The notes under the pieces were generated by a model. That model was not told where the DNA came from. It saw nothing but the letters and a program-made list of their open reading frames with translations, and made no database searches. From Alphaproteobacteria bacterium (GTDB lineage: Bacteria; Pseudomonadota; Alphaproteobacteria; CACZRW01), in the NCBI GenBank assembly GCA_017507765.1, contig JAFWAG010000062.1, positions 1-52,953 on the forward strand: a DNA stretch of 52,953 nucleotides. Reading direction: 5' to 3'. The position numbers were made by a program, and so were the translations under genes. Below are positions 36,699 to 45,821 of this stretch, in pieces. Each line of letters starts with the position of its first letter. The stretch's first letter is position 1.

Positions 36699-37843
36699 TC
36701 CCGTGGGATTATCCGTTCTTCCAAAGTAGCTTTAAGCGCTTGCAGGCGAGCAAGAGGTGCGCCGTAGCCAACTACAACCGCTTCGTTGCAAGAGTTGATA
36801 ATCAAGCCTTGGCGGTCTTTTTTAAAGCTGCTTAAATCGGCGGATACGATGTCTTTATTTTTAATCTCGTGCTTGTACAAAGATATAAAGTTAAGCAGTA
36901 AGTCTTCCACAATAACTTCCGAAGACGTGAAAGATATTTCTTGCCGGCGGTAATTCCATACCAAAGGAAATAAAAAGACTAAAAGACTGCTGATAAAAAG
37001 CCAGCCAAATAAAACCGGAACCGACATTATGTCCGCCCAATCCGAAGTGAAAATAATTAAATCAAGCAAAACAAAGAAAGTCAGGCTGCCCCAGAAAATG
37101 TGCCAAGGGAAATGCACAAGACGAGAGGTGAACGTTGCCGGAAAGCTTAGTTCCGGAAGGGTATGTTCGGCTTTATCTTCGGTCAAAGAGTGGGTATCTG
37201 TTTCATTGTCAGCGGCAAAATAAACCGGAAGATTAAGCTTTTTGGCATATTCACTAATCCTTTTGCAAATACCAAAACCGTTTTCCGAAATATATAAAGG
37301 AACGGATTTTATTTCTTCTTCGTGCCAAGCATCAATCACATACAAAGGTTTGTTATCTTTGGTGATAAAAACTCGGTATCTTAACGCTTTGTAGTTGGCA
37401 ACGGCGTCCATAAAAGTTTTCTGACGCCATAAATTGCGGATATTTAAAGTTATATAGCGAAAGCCAATAACATAGCTTTTGCGCAAAGAAAGATAGAAAA
37501 AATTATACGCAAATATAATTGCGCCGAAAATTATCATAAGCCAACCAAGAAAAGATGCCTGCAAAGGCTCGGCAAGCGGCGCAGAAGATGTGGACGAAGC
37601 TGTGCTTTCCATAAAGTCAGCAGCTTCGGTGAAGCCATAGACAACCATAATTCCAGCGGCAAAAAGAAGCAGTCCGGTAACGATAAGCAGGAAAGTTTTT
37701 ATAAACGGTGGGGAATCCATTGCGCTGACCGGAAGATTGTCAAGCCGGACTTCAAGCTCTTTGCTCCAAGGAAGCTGTTTATCCAAAACAAATGGCACTT
37801 TTTCGGCTAAAAAAGAGTCGCTGTAATTGATTTCCTTGGCCAT
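36695..37843 (-). CDS. Hypothetical membrane protein with an apparent internal duplication
   Basis: Two units of 2 TM helices plus a beta-rich soluble region. Start ATG at 37843 after an AAGGA RBS. Confidence 0.7.
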   Translation of the reverse strand: MAKEINYSDSFLAEKVPFVLDKQLPWSKELEVRLDNLPVSAMDSPPFIKTFLLIVTGLLLFAAGIMVVYGFTEAADFMESTASSTSSAPLAEPLQASFLGWLMIIFGAIIFAYNFFYLSLRKSYVIGFRYITLNIRNLWRQKTFMDAVANYKALRYRVFITKDNKPLYVIDAWHEEEIKSVPLYISENGFGICKRISEYAKKLNLPVYFAADNETDTHSLTEDKAEHTLPELSFPATFTSRLVHFPWHIFWGSLTFFVLLDLIIFTSDWADIMSVPVLFGWLFISSLLVFLFPLVWNYRRQEISFTSSEVIVEDLLLNFISLYKHEIKNKDIVSADLSSFKKDRQGLIINSCNEAVVVGYGAPLARLQALKATLEERIIPRD

Positions 37844-38011
37844 GTTTTTTTCCTTTTCCTGATTTTTCCTATGCAAATATGACATTTTCTTTGCAATTCC
37901 GCTATCGTAAACTTTATCTCTGGTTTTTTTGTTTATATCTTGTAAAATACTTACGATTTTTTTCGCAAATTTGCCACAATAAAGAGTTAAAACCTTTGGA
38001 GAGTATTATTT

Positions 38012-39697
38012 ATGGAAGCTTTTTCCAATCTTGAGTTTTCGGAACTGATTAAAGTATATCCTTCTGCAATTGCGCTTATGCTGTTGATTATTATCGTAGT
38101 GAAATACTTACGCAAACAGCCAGAAGCTCCTAAAGGTCTTGAACTTTTAATGGGCGGTTTCTTTTCTTTGATTATCGCTCATACCATGCCGTTTGCCAGA
38201 CTTTTTTCGTATTCGGATATAATTACCTTTTTTGAATTGGTGTTTGTATGCCTTGCCTCGGTTATGTTCTTGACCGCCGGTTTGATGTTGAAAAGAGTGC
38301 GGGCGGCAACCGAAGCTCTGGCGTATGTGTTTTTTGCTTTGACACTGTTTCTTGCCGTATATCTGATATTTATCTTGAAAGCGCCGCATTTAACCGTCTT
38401 GCTTTATTATCTGTCGCTGTCTTTAGGTTATTTCTTCTTAGGTGTCGGTTTCGCTTCGCAAAGTAATAAAAAACAAAATTATGGTTTTGTCCTTACATCT
38501 TTGGTCTTCTTTTTATTGGCGGTTTATAACGTACTGATGATTACCGGTTGGGGACGAGCTACTATCGGAAGTTCGGATATAGTCTTTGCGATGTACTTTA
38601 TTATCTCTATTACCTTGCTGTTGTGTGGGGATAATCTTTTGAACTTTAAAATCCAGACTTTGGAAGATGAAGTGCAGGCAAACCAATCTCGCTTGCGCCT
38701 GATTATTCAATCTTCGCCGTTCCCGATTATTATATCTCGGCTGCGTGATGACCGTTTGATGCTGGTTAATCAGAAAGCTCAGGACTTTTTGAATATTGAT
38801 ACTTCTCGGCTGACAAATTATAGGCTCGGCGATTTCTTTGCGGACGCTTCTTTTAAAACAGAATTGATGGCAAGGTTGGAAAAGTCCTCGGAAATAGAAG
38901 ATTTTGAGGTTGTCTTTAAATCGCAAAGCGGTATGGACGAAGCGGAAACTTGGGTGCAGCTTTCTACGCATGTTATTGACTTTGAATATGAAATTGCTTT
39001 GTATTCCGCCGTACAAGATATTACCGAACGCAAAAGAAAAGAGCAGGAACTCTTTAACGAGGCAACCAGAGATTCTTTGACCAATGCTTATACTCGACGC
39101 TTTTTTGAAGAGTTGGCAAATAAAGAAATCATGCGGTCTATACGCTATGCCCGTCCTTTCTGCGTGTTAATGATTGATGCTGACCACTTTAAAAATGTAA
39201 ACGATACCTATGGTCATGCAGTCGGTGATAAAGTTTTGAAAGAGTTGGTGATTACCTGCGGTAAGATTTTGCGGAAATCCGATATAGTTTCTCGTTTCGG
39301 CGGTGAGGAGTTTGTGGTTTTATTGCCGGAAATATCTTTGGCTAATGCCCAGATAGTTGCCGATCGTTTGCGGGTAGCAATTTCTGAAGCGGTGGTTCAG
39401 GGAGAAAAAGGCGAAGAAGTTCGCTTTACCGTCAGCATAGGTTTGGTGCCGTCTTCTTATAGCACGGATTTGCATACGTTGATAAAGGCTTCCGATGAAG
39501 CTTTGTATGTAGCCAAAAACAGCGGACGAAATCGGGTTATTTCTTTAACTCCGCAAGAAGACGGAGATGCTTTAGCTGAAGCGGCAGCTTTGGTGGCAGG
39601 AGACAATCCTATTCCAGCTGTAGAGGGAAATAATCCGGCTGCTCCTATGGCTTCGGTGGCTACGGCTCCTGATGACGATGAAGACATCTTTGCATAG
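38012..39697 (+). CDS. Diguanylate cyclase: multi-TM sensor, PAS, GGDEF
   Basis: About 7 TM helices, PAS (SSPFPIIISR...), DITERK...DSLT, DADHFKNVNDTYGHAVGD, I-site RKSD, active site GGEEF. Confidence 0.9.
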   Translation: MEAFSNLEFSELIKVYPSAIALMLLIIIVVKYLRKQPEAPKGLELLMGGFFSLIIAHTMPFARLFSYSDIITFFELVFVCLASVMFLTAGLMLKRVRAATEALAYVFFALTLFLAVYLIFILKAPHLTVLLYYLSLSLGYFFLGVGFASQSNKKQNYGFVLTSLVFFLLAVYNVLMITGWGRATIGSSDIVFAMYFIISITLLLCGDNLLNFKIQTLEDEVQANQSRLRLIIQSSPFPIIISRLRDDRLMLVNQKAQDFLNIDTSRLTNYRLGDFFADASFKTELMARLEKSSEIEDFEVVFKSQSGMDEAETWVQLSTHVIDFEYEIALYSAVQDITERKRKEQELFNEATRDSLTNAYTRRFFEELANKEIMRSIRYARPFCVLMIDADHFKNVNDTYGHAVGDKVLKELVITCGKILRKSDIVSRFGGEEFVVLLPEISLANAQIVADRLRVAISEAVVQGEKGEEVRFTVSIGLVPSSYSTDLHTLIKASDEALYVAKNSGRNRVISLTPQEDGDALAEAAALVAGDNPIPAVEGNNPAAPMASVATAPDDDEDIFA

Positions 39698-40559
39698 CTT
39701 GTCCGGCATTTATCAAAACTTGGAAATATAAATCCGTTCCAGGGATAATTCCGGCTCCCAGTGGGTCGGCTTTGGTCGTGCGGATTTGGTTTTTATCGGC
39801 TAATAACAAGGCTGTTTTATCCGAAAACTGAGGTTCGGAAAAAATACAACCGATGTTTTCCGTTCGGATTAACTTTGCCAAGTTTAATCGTTGTTTTACG
39901 CTGAGCGGAATGTCTTCATCAAGCAAGATTGCTCCTTTGGCGTTTAAGCCGTTTTGAGCGGTGAAATACTGCCAACCGTCATGAAAAACCAAAAAAGGTT
40001 CATTTTGATAGGGCAGAAGCTGCTCTTGAAGGTTTTTCCCTAAATCAGAAAGCTTTCGGACGGCTTTATCTGCGTTCTTTTGATATGTTCCGGCGTTTTT
40101 AGGGTCTTTGGCCGATAAAATCTGTGCCATATGGCGGACAATGGCGGCGGCATTGTCCGTATCAAGCCATAAATGTAAATCGTAACGGTCGGAAACCGTT
40201 CGGCTCCAATCATCAGAGCGGCGCAAAGGAAGAAGCTTTATATCCGGTGCTTGGCTGAGAAAAACGGTTTTTTCTTCTTTGTCGTTTAGAGCTTTGCTTA
40301 AGAAACTTTCAAAATCTTTATCTATCATAAAGATAATGTCGGCAGCAGAGATTTTCTTAATATCAGACGGCTTTAAGGCATAAGAATGCGGGGAAACTCC
40401 GGAACCGATAATGTATTTCGGTTCGCTTACGCCTTCGGTTACCATGGAGGCCAGAGAATGCAAAGGTAAAATACTGGTCGCAACTTTTACTTCGGCTAAG
40501 GCAGGAAAAGAATAAACCAAAAGCAACGAAAATAAAAAAAATGTCCGCTTCATATGCAT
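39660..40559 (-). CDS. znuA: Zinc ABC transporter substrate-binding protein
   Basis: SPHSYALKPSD, DLHLWLD, VFHDG, DPLG; divergent from zur-znuCB. Confidence 0.86.
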   Translation of the reverse strand: MHMKRTFFLFSLLLVYSFPALAEVKVATSILPLHSLASMVTEGVSEPKYIIGSGVSPHSYALKPSDIKKISAADIIFMIDKDFESFLSKALNDKEEKTVFLSQAPDIKLLPLRRSDDWSRTVSDRYDLHLWLDTDNAAAIVRHMAQILSAKDPKNAGTYQKNADKAVRKLSDLGKNLQEQLLPYQNEPFLVFHDGWQYFTAQNGLNAKGAILLDEDIPLSVKQRLNLAKLIRTENIGCIFSEPQFSDKTALLLADKNQIRTTKADPLGAGIIPGTDLYFQVLINAGQAMQRCLHRHQEP

Positions 40560-40588
40560 GAGAAAACCTTTCTGTTTGCAGCCTTTGT

Positions 40589-40603
40589 CGTTATGTTATA
40601 TCG
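40589..40603. promoter_or_regulatory. Candidate Zur box
   Basis: CGTTATGTTATATCG is an imperfect 7-1-7 palindrome between the divergent znuA and zur genes. Confidence 0.4.
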
Positions 40604-40659
40604 TTGCATAAAAGACTTGTCCAGTTAGCTATCCAGCTATTGTTTAAGGAGGATAAACA

Positions 40660-41148
40660 ATGCCGAAAAATGTTATTAGTCCAAAGTGGTTTACGGCTAA
40701 GCATAATCACGAAGAATGCATTGCTTCGGCTTTGGCTGTGGCAGAGAAAATATGTCAGAAAAAATCTTTACGTTTTACACCGACCAGACGTTTGGTGTTT
40801 AATTTATTGTGGAAGCAGCATACTCCCGTAGGCGCATATGAATTGTTGGAAATGGCTAAAGCCGAAGGATATAGAGCTGCTCCGATTACTATTTATCGGG
40901 CTTTGGATTTCTTGATTGAAAACGGGTTGGCTCATCGTTTAGCCAGTACTAATTCCTATATTGGCTGTTCGTGCGGAGGAGGTAAACATCATGGGGTGTT
41001 CCTTATCTGCCGCAATTGCGGAAGAGTTTTGGAGCTTAACGGTACCGAATTGATAAAAAAGTTTAAACATTCGGCACTGGAAGTCGGGTTCAAAATTAAA
41101 AGTTCGGCAATTGAAATAGAGGGATTATGTCCGATTTGCAGCAAATAA
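40660..41148 (+). CDS. zur: Zinc uptake regulator (Fur family)
   Basis: TIYRALDFL, HRLAS, CRNC and CPIC pairs; leads znuCB. Confidence 0.88.
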   Translation: MPKNVISPKWFTAKHNHEECIASALAVAEKICQKKSLRFTPTRRLVFNLLWKQHTPVGAYELLEMAKAEGYRAAPITIYRALDFLIENGLAHRLASTNSYIGCSCGGGKHHGVFLICRNCGRVLELNGTELIKKFKHSALEVGFKIKSSAIEIEGLCPICSK

Positions 41149-41891
41149 AAAATCCACTTCTCTCTGCCGTGGATATAAGCTTTGTCCGGAATGGCAGAAA
41201 AATCCTGCATGATGTTTCTTTTTCCCTGTTTCCGGAGCAAATCGTTACAATAGTCGGGCAAAACGGTGCCGGAAAAAGTACTTTGGTTAAAATACTTTTG
41301 GGAATCCTTCCTCCTGATACCGGCCGAGTCGAAAAAAGTTCTGATATTGTTGTAAGCTATTTGGCGCAAAAAATTAAATGCGATGATACTATGCCTTTAA
41401 CCGTTGGGCGTATGCTGAAATTAAGCGGGGAAAAAAGTAAAAAAGAACATGAAAAAGTATTGGCGGAAGTCGGAGTGGAAAATCTTTATAACGCAGATTT
41501 TCATTCTTTGTCCGGAGGAGAAACTCAAAGAGTTCTGTTGGCACGTTGTCTTTTGAGGAAGCCGGATTTGCTGATTTTGGACGAGCCTACGCAAGGGTTG
41601 GATTTTACCGGAGCTATTAGCCTTTATCACTTGTTGAAAGAGGTTCGAGAACATTATAAATGCGCAATTTTAATTGTTTCTCATGATTTGCATTTGGTGA
41701 TAGATGCTACCGATGAAGTAATTTGCCTGAATCATCATATATGCTGTTCCGGAAAGCCGGAAAATGTAAAAGATAATATGTTCTTTAAGTCGCTTTTCCC
41801 AGAAGGAAAACCTCATGATATTGCATTTTACAGTCATCATCATGACCATTGCCATTGCTTGAACGGAGAGGAAAAGGAAATCTTTTCATGA
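41127..41891 (+). CDS. znuC: Zinc ABC transporter ATPase
   Basis: GQNGAGKS, LSGGETQR, LDEPTQG, HHICCSG, His-rich tail. Confidence 0.9.
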   Translation: MSDLQQIKNPLLSAVDISFVRNGRKILHDVSFSLFPEQIVTIVGQNGAGKSTLVKILLGILPPDTGRVEKSSDIVVSYLAQKIKCDDTMPLTVGRMLKLSGEKSKKEHEKVLAEVGVENLYNADFHSLSGGETQRVLLARCLLRKPDLLILDEPTQGLDFTGAISLYHLLKEVREHYKCAILIVSHDLHLVIDATDEVICLNHHICCSGKPENVKDNMFFKSLFPEGKPHDIAFYSHHHDHCHCLNGEEKEIFS

Positions 41892-42673
41892 TAGAGGATT
41901 TTATCATATATGCTCTGGCGGCAGGAAGTATTATGGCGGCATTGGCAGGTCCTATCGGCAGTATGATGCTGTGGCGTTCTTTGTCTTATTTCGGGGACGC
42001 AATGTCTCATACTGCGCTTTTGGGAATTGCCGGTGGGATTTTATTGGGGATAGGGTTTAATGCCGGCGTTTTTATCATGGTGGTTATGTGTGCCTTGCTG
42101 TTTGCTTTCTTACGGGAAAAGAAAATCGCCAAAGCTGATACGCTGTTATGCATTATTGCTCAGGTCGGTCTGTCTTTGGGTATTATAGCGATGGCTTTTT
42201 CTCAGACCGGAAGCAGTACGTTAATGGGCTTCTTGTTCGGCGATATTCTGGCGCTGACGATTGAGGATATTATGTATATTTTGGGAGTCGGAGCCGTCGT
42301 TCTTGCCGCTTTGGGCTTTATTTGGAATAAAATGATACTTTTGACCTTTGATGAAGAAACGGCAATGGCGGAAGATAAACGCTTAACTTTGCTTAATCTG
42401 CTTTATATGCTGTTGATTGCTTTGTTCGTTTCTTTGGCAGTGAAGACAACCGGAATCCTTATGGTTACCGCCTTGTTGATTATTCCGGCAGCGGCAATGC
42501 GGCATTTGAGTAAGACGCCGGAGACTATGGCTGTGAAAGCTTCCGTTCTGGGCGTGCTTTCCGTGTTTTTAGGAATATGGCTGTCTTTTCGTTTCGATTT
42601 GCCTGCCGGTCCGGCAATCGTAATTTCTGCGGCGGCGTTGGGTGCTTTTTCATTTGTCTTTAAAAAAAGATGA
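41888..42673 (+). CDS. znuB: Zinc ABC transporter permease
   Basis: YFGDAMSHTALLG, FLFGDIL, LLIIPAAA. Start ATG at 41888. Confidence 0.9.
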   Translation: MIEDFIIYALAAGSIMAALAGPIGSMMLWRSLSYFGDAMSHTALLGIAGGILLGIGFNAGVFIMVVMCALLFAFLREKKIAKADTLLCIIAQVGLSLGIIAMAFSQTGSSTLMGFLFGDILALTIEDIMYILGVGAVVLAALGFIWNKMILLTFDEETAMAEDKRLTLLNLLYMLLIALFVSLAVKTTGILMVTALLIIPAAAMRHLSKTPETMAVKASVLGVLSVFLGIWLSFRFDLPAGPAIVISAAALGAFSFVFKKR

Positions 42674-42726
42674 TAACTTTTTAATTTCTATGCTATAAAA
42701 ACTTTAAAAGCTTAATTGTCATAAGG

Positions 42727-43698
42727 ATGCTGAAAATGGTTCGAGTCGTAGAGCTTGATTTTTCTGACTTTTATTATACTCCGGAACACCTTTCTTATAT
42801 TCCGGAAAAGAAAATGGGCGGAGCATTAAGACAGGTAGCTCCAGATGATATAAACGATTTCGTTGCGGTTTTGGAAAAAACTTATGCCGGTAATCGCAGT
42901 TATTCGGTGTCTTATGACGGAGTGGTATTCCGTGTTGAACGGGTTAGTACCTTGACCGGAATACATTATTCTGCCCGCAGAATGCCCAGAAAAGTGCCGG
43001 ATTTTTCGCGGCTCGGTTTTCCGGATCCGGTTGCCAATCATCTTTTTTCTTTGGTTAATTGTGGTGGATTGGTGCTGTGGAGCGGTGCAACAGGTATGGG
43101 AAAGACAACCTCTATTTCTTGCTTGTTAAGAAGGTATTTAGAAACCAAAGGCGGTTTTGCCTATACGATTGAAGACCCTCCGGAAATGCCTTTGGACGGA
43201 GTTTATCAAGCCAAAAACGGCGGTCTTGGTTTGTGTAAGCAGACGGAAACAATCGCTGATGCCGATTGGGGCGAAGCTTTGCGTTCGGCTTTGCGTTCTC
43301 GGCCTCGGTATATTCTGGTTGGAGAGATAAGAACTCCCGAAACCGCAAGTCAGGTTTTGCGAGCCGCTTCCAGTGGGCATTTGGTTCTTTCAACTATTCA
43401 CGCAAACAGTGTTGAAGATGCTTTGAACTCGGTAATTAAATATGCAATTGCGGCGGGTTTGAACGAAACTTTGGCTGCGGATTTGCTGTCGCGCGGTGTT
43501 TTGGCAGTTTTGCATCAGAAATTGCAGGGGGCAAACAGTCTTCGGCCGGAGATTTCTTTTGTCTTTGCTAATCCAGACCCTCAGCAGGCTGACCAAGTGC
43601 GGGTTATTGTTCGGTCGGGACAGATTGTACTCGGTACCGTTATGGAAGCCCAAACAGCAAAGATATTTCAGGGAAAATCTTTATTCCGGACTTTTTAA
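42727..43698 (+). CDS. PilT/GspE-superfamily secretion or pilus ATPase (short, PilT-like)
   Basis: Walker A GATGMGKT, Asp box TIEDPPE, Walker B LVGEIR, His box HLVLSTIHA; no AIRNLIRE motif seen. Confidence 0.8.
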   Translation: MLKMVRVVELDFSDFYYTPEHLSYIPEKKMGGALRQVAPDDINDFVAVLEKTYAGNRSYSVSYDGVVFRVERVSTLTGIHYSARRMPRKVPDFSRLGFPDPVANHLFSLVNCGGLVLWSGATGMGKTTSISCLLRRYLETKGGFAYTIEDPPEMPLDGVYQAKNGGLGLCKQTETIADADWGEALRSALRSRPRYILVGEIRTPETASQVLRAASSGHLVLSTIHANSVEDALNSVIKYAIAAGLNETLAADLLSRGVLAVLHQKLQGANSLRPEISFVFANPDPQQADQVRVIVRSGQIVLGTVMEAQTAKIFQGKSLFRTF

Positions 43699-44177
43699 TA
43701 ATTTTGTGGGCGTTCTATGCCTTCATAATTTTCCCAAGGAAAGACAATCCAAGTATCTTGGCTTACTTCTTTAAAGAAAATGTCGGTTTCTGATTTGCCG
43801 GCAGGTTTGGCATAAACCGTAGCGATATAAGCTTTTGGCATCTTTTGGCGGACTAAGGCCATGGTCTTTCCACTGTCGACCAAGTCGTCTACAACCAGAG
43901 TATTTTCACCGTTGCCGGAAGGCATTTTTAAAACTTCGGCAGTGTCATTTTGGGTCGTATTGCTGTTATAGCTTTGGATACAGATAGTATCCAGATTATG
44001 CATATCAAGTTCTCGGGCAATGATTGCGGCGGGGACTAATCCTCCACGAGAGACACAGTATATCTGCGTAATGTTACGTTTTGCCAGTTCCGGCTTTAAA
44101 AGGGCGGCAAGGGCAGATATGTCTTTATCTATCATATTCCATGATAAAAATAAGTAATTGGGTTTATTGTCCGGCAT
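43695..44177 (-). CDS. gpt: Xanthine-guanine phosphoribosyltransferase
   Basis: VSRGGLVPA, VVDDLVDSGKT, QDTWIVFPWE. Confidence 0.9.
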   Translation of the reverse strand: MPDNKPNYLFLSWNMIDKDISALAALLKPELAKRNITQIYCVSRGGLVPAAIIARELDMHNLDTICIQSYNSNTTQNDTAEVLKMPSGNGENTLVVDDLVDSGKTMALVRQKMPKAYIATVYAKPAGKSETDIFFKEVSQDTWIVFPWENYEGIERPQNY

Positions 44178-44667
44178 GGGAAACCTCTTTGATTAAGTTG
44201 TCTAGCTTGTGAGTGATAAGCGGGGACGTCCAGTCTACTTTGCCTTTTAAACGTTGGATTTCCTTTCCTTCGGCATTTAATAAAACTGCCAAGGGAAAGC
44301 TTTTTAAGCCTATGGAATTGGCAAAAATGCTATCCTTGTCCAGATAAATGGGAAGGCGGCGGATATCCAATTTTACCATTATGAGGCGGGCGTCGTTAAG
44401 GTTTGCTTTTTTGCTCATTATCGGAATGATTTTCAGCTGTTCGGAAGGGTATTTTTGGCGCAAAGAGTCTAAGGCTGTTAAAGATGCCATGCAGACAGCG
44501 CAAGTTTTGCTCCATAAAAAGACAATAACCGGAGTGCCTTGAAATTGCTTTAAAGTTTGGGCTTCGTCTTTGGCGTTATAAAACGGAGTCTGAGAGTATT
44601 CGGAGCCGGCTGCCGTGGCTCGGAAAGGTAAAAGTAAGCAAGCAATAAGGAAAAGCCGGAAAATCAT
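44164..44667 (-). CDS. TlpA/ResA-like exported thiol-disulfide oxidoreductase
   Basis: Signal peptide, WSKTCAVC (CxxC), cis-Pro loop SFP, thioredoxin fold. Confidence 0.8.
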   Translation of the reverse strand: MIFRLFLIACLLLPFRATAAGSEYSQTPFYNAKDEAQTLKQFQGTPVIVFLWSKTCAVCMASLTALDSLRQKYPSEQLKIIPIMSKKANLNDARLIMVKLDIRRLPIYLDKDSIFANSIGLKSFPLAVLLNAEGKEIQRLKGKVDWTSPLITHKLDNLIKEVSHAGQ

Positions 44668-45242
44668 TTAAAGAATAACGCTATGGCCGTAGGACTGTTG
44701 GTGCAGGCAGTACGGTAGTTGCTGCAAGAGAATGTGGAAGAAGAAACTACGCAAGCGTGGACACTGGGACCCCATGTGGCTTCGGCAAAGTTTAAACATT
44801 CGGCTTCGTTTGTTATGTTAAAGCGAATGGTGAAAAACGGCCGAGAAAGATTTTTATCTGCCAAAAGGGAAAGGTAGGTGTTGTCTCCGCTAAAGTCGCC
44901 CGGAAGACCTAAGGATATTGCTCGCCCATAAGAGGTTTCCAACACGGTTTTAGAGCCGGCTCGACAAATGGAAAGGACATCACTGCCGGCTCCGGCACGT
45001 TCGTAGTCGCAAAAATAAGAGGTGAGGTTGCTATACGTTGACGGCGGTATGTAATTGTTAAGCGTAAGACCTAATATCCGGATTTCTTTTTCGGCGGCTC
45101 GGATTTCGGCAATTTCTCTTTTATAGCGAGTCTCTTTAATGACGGTGGAAGCGGCGGACGTAATTCCTACGCCAATTGCGCCAAGAAGAGAAATATAGCC
45201 TAAAACTTCAAATAAAGTTGCTCCGGATTGAGAGTTTTGCAT
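44664..45242 (-). CDS. Type IV pilin-like protein 3
   Basis: MQNSQSG|ATLFEVLGYISLLG, Glu at +5, six Cys in the mature chain. Confidence 0.75.
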   Translation of the reverse strand: MQNSQSGATLFEVLGYISLLGAIGVGITSAASTVIKETRYKREIAEIRAAEKEIRILGLTLNNYIPPSTYSNLTSYFCDYERAGAGSDVLSICRAGSKTVLETSYGRAISLGLPGDFSGDNTYLSLLADKNLSRPFFTIRFNITNEAECLNFAEATWGPSVHACVVSSSTFSCSNYRTACTNSPTAIALFFK

Positions 45243-45254
45243 AAAAGAGCCTCC

Positions 45255-45806
45255 TTATTTAAACTTTAACCAGATGTTTTTGGTGTCGGCGTTGCAGGAA
45301 GTTTGGGCGGCATTTACCTTCATCGGAAGCTTTTGATTTAAGCTTCTTTGCCAACTGGCGGAGCTGGAAGAAGATATGCTCCAATCTATTAATTCGTTGC
45401 CCCAAGAATGCGTCAAAACAACTACACAGAACTCTCGAGGGGAATTATCAAGCTTAATCGTAAAAGAAGATGAGTCTGAGGCAAATCCTATTTGCGCTCC
45501 GGCTTTGCTGGGGATATAACCTTCGTTATAGTGCTTGATTATTTTTTCGTCGCTTAGGTATTGGCCAATGCCTCCGCTGCCGGAAACAGTATAACCGCCG
45601 GAAGAACTCGGACCACGCCAAGCAAACTTTCTTTTAATATCGTCAACCAGATTTTGAACCTGAAAAATTGTTTCTGTGTGGGCTCGGCGCATGAAAACAT
45701 TTGCAATCAGACTGTAAACACTGCTAGCAACAACGCCAAGGAGAATCAAAACAAAAAGCATCTCCATTGCCGTACGGCCTTTTTCGGTAGAATATTTTTT
45801 CATCAT
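45255..45806 (-). CDS. Type IV pilin-like protein 2
   Basis: MMKKYSTEKG|RTAMEMLFVLILLG, Glu at +5, two Cys. Confidence 0.75.
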   Translation of the reverse strand: MMKKYSTEKGRTAMEMLFVLILLGVVASSVYSLIANVFMRRAHTETIFQVQNLVDDIKRKFAWRGPSSSGGYTVSGSGGIGQYLSDEKIIKHYNEGYIPSKAGAQIGFASDSSSFTIKLDNSPREFCVVVLTHSWGNELIDWSISSSSSASWQRSLNQKLPMKVNAAQTSCNADTKNIWLKFK

Positions 45807-45821
45807 GTTTTTATCCTGCCT

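Noticed and set aside
39660-39697. Convergent 3' overlaps (DGC/znuA, uppP/ispE, der/membrane gene, ATPase/gpt) as antisense regulation
   Set aside because: Short tail-to-tail overlaps are common in compact genomes; nothing else supports a regulatory role.
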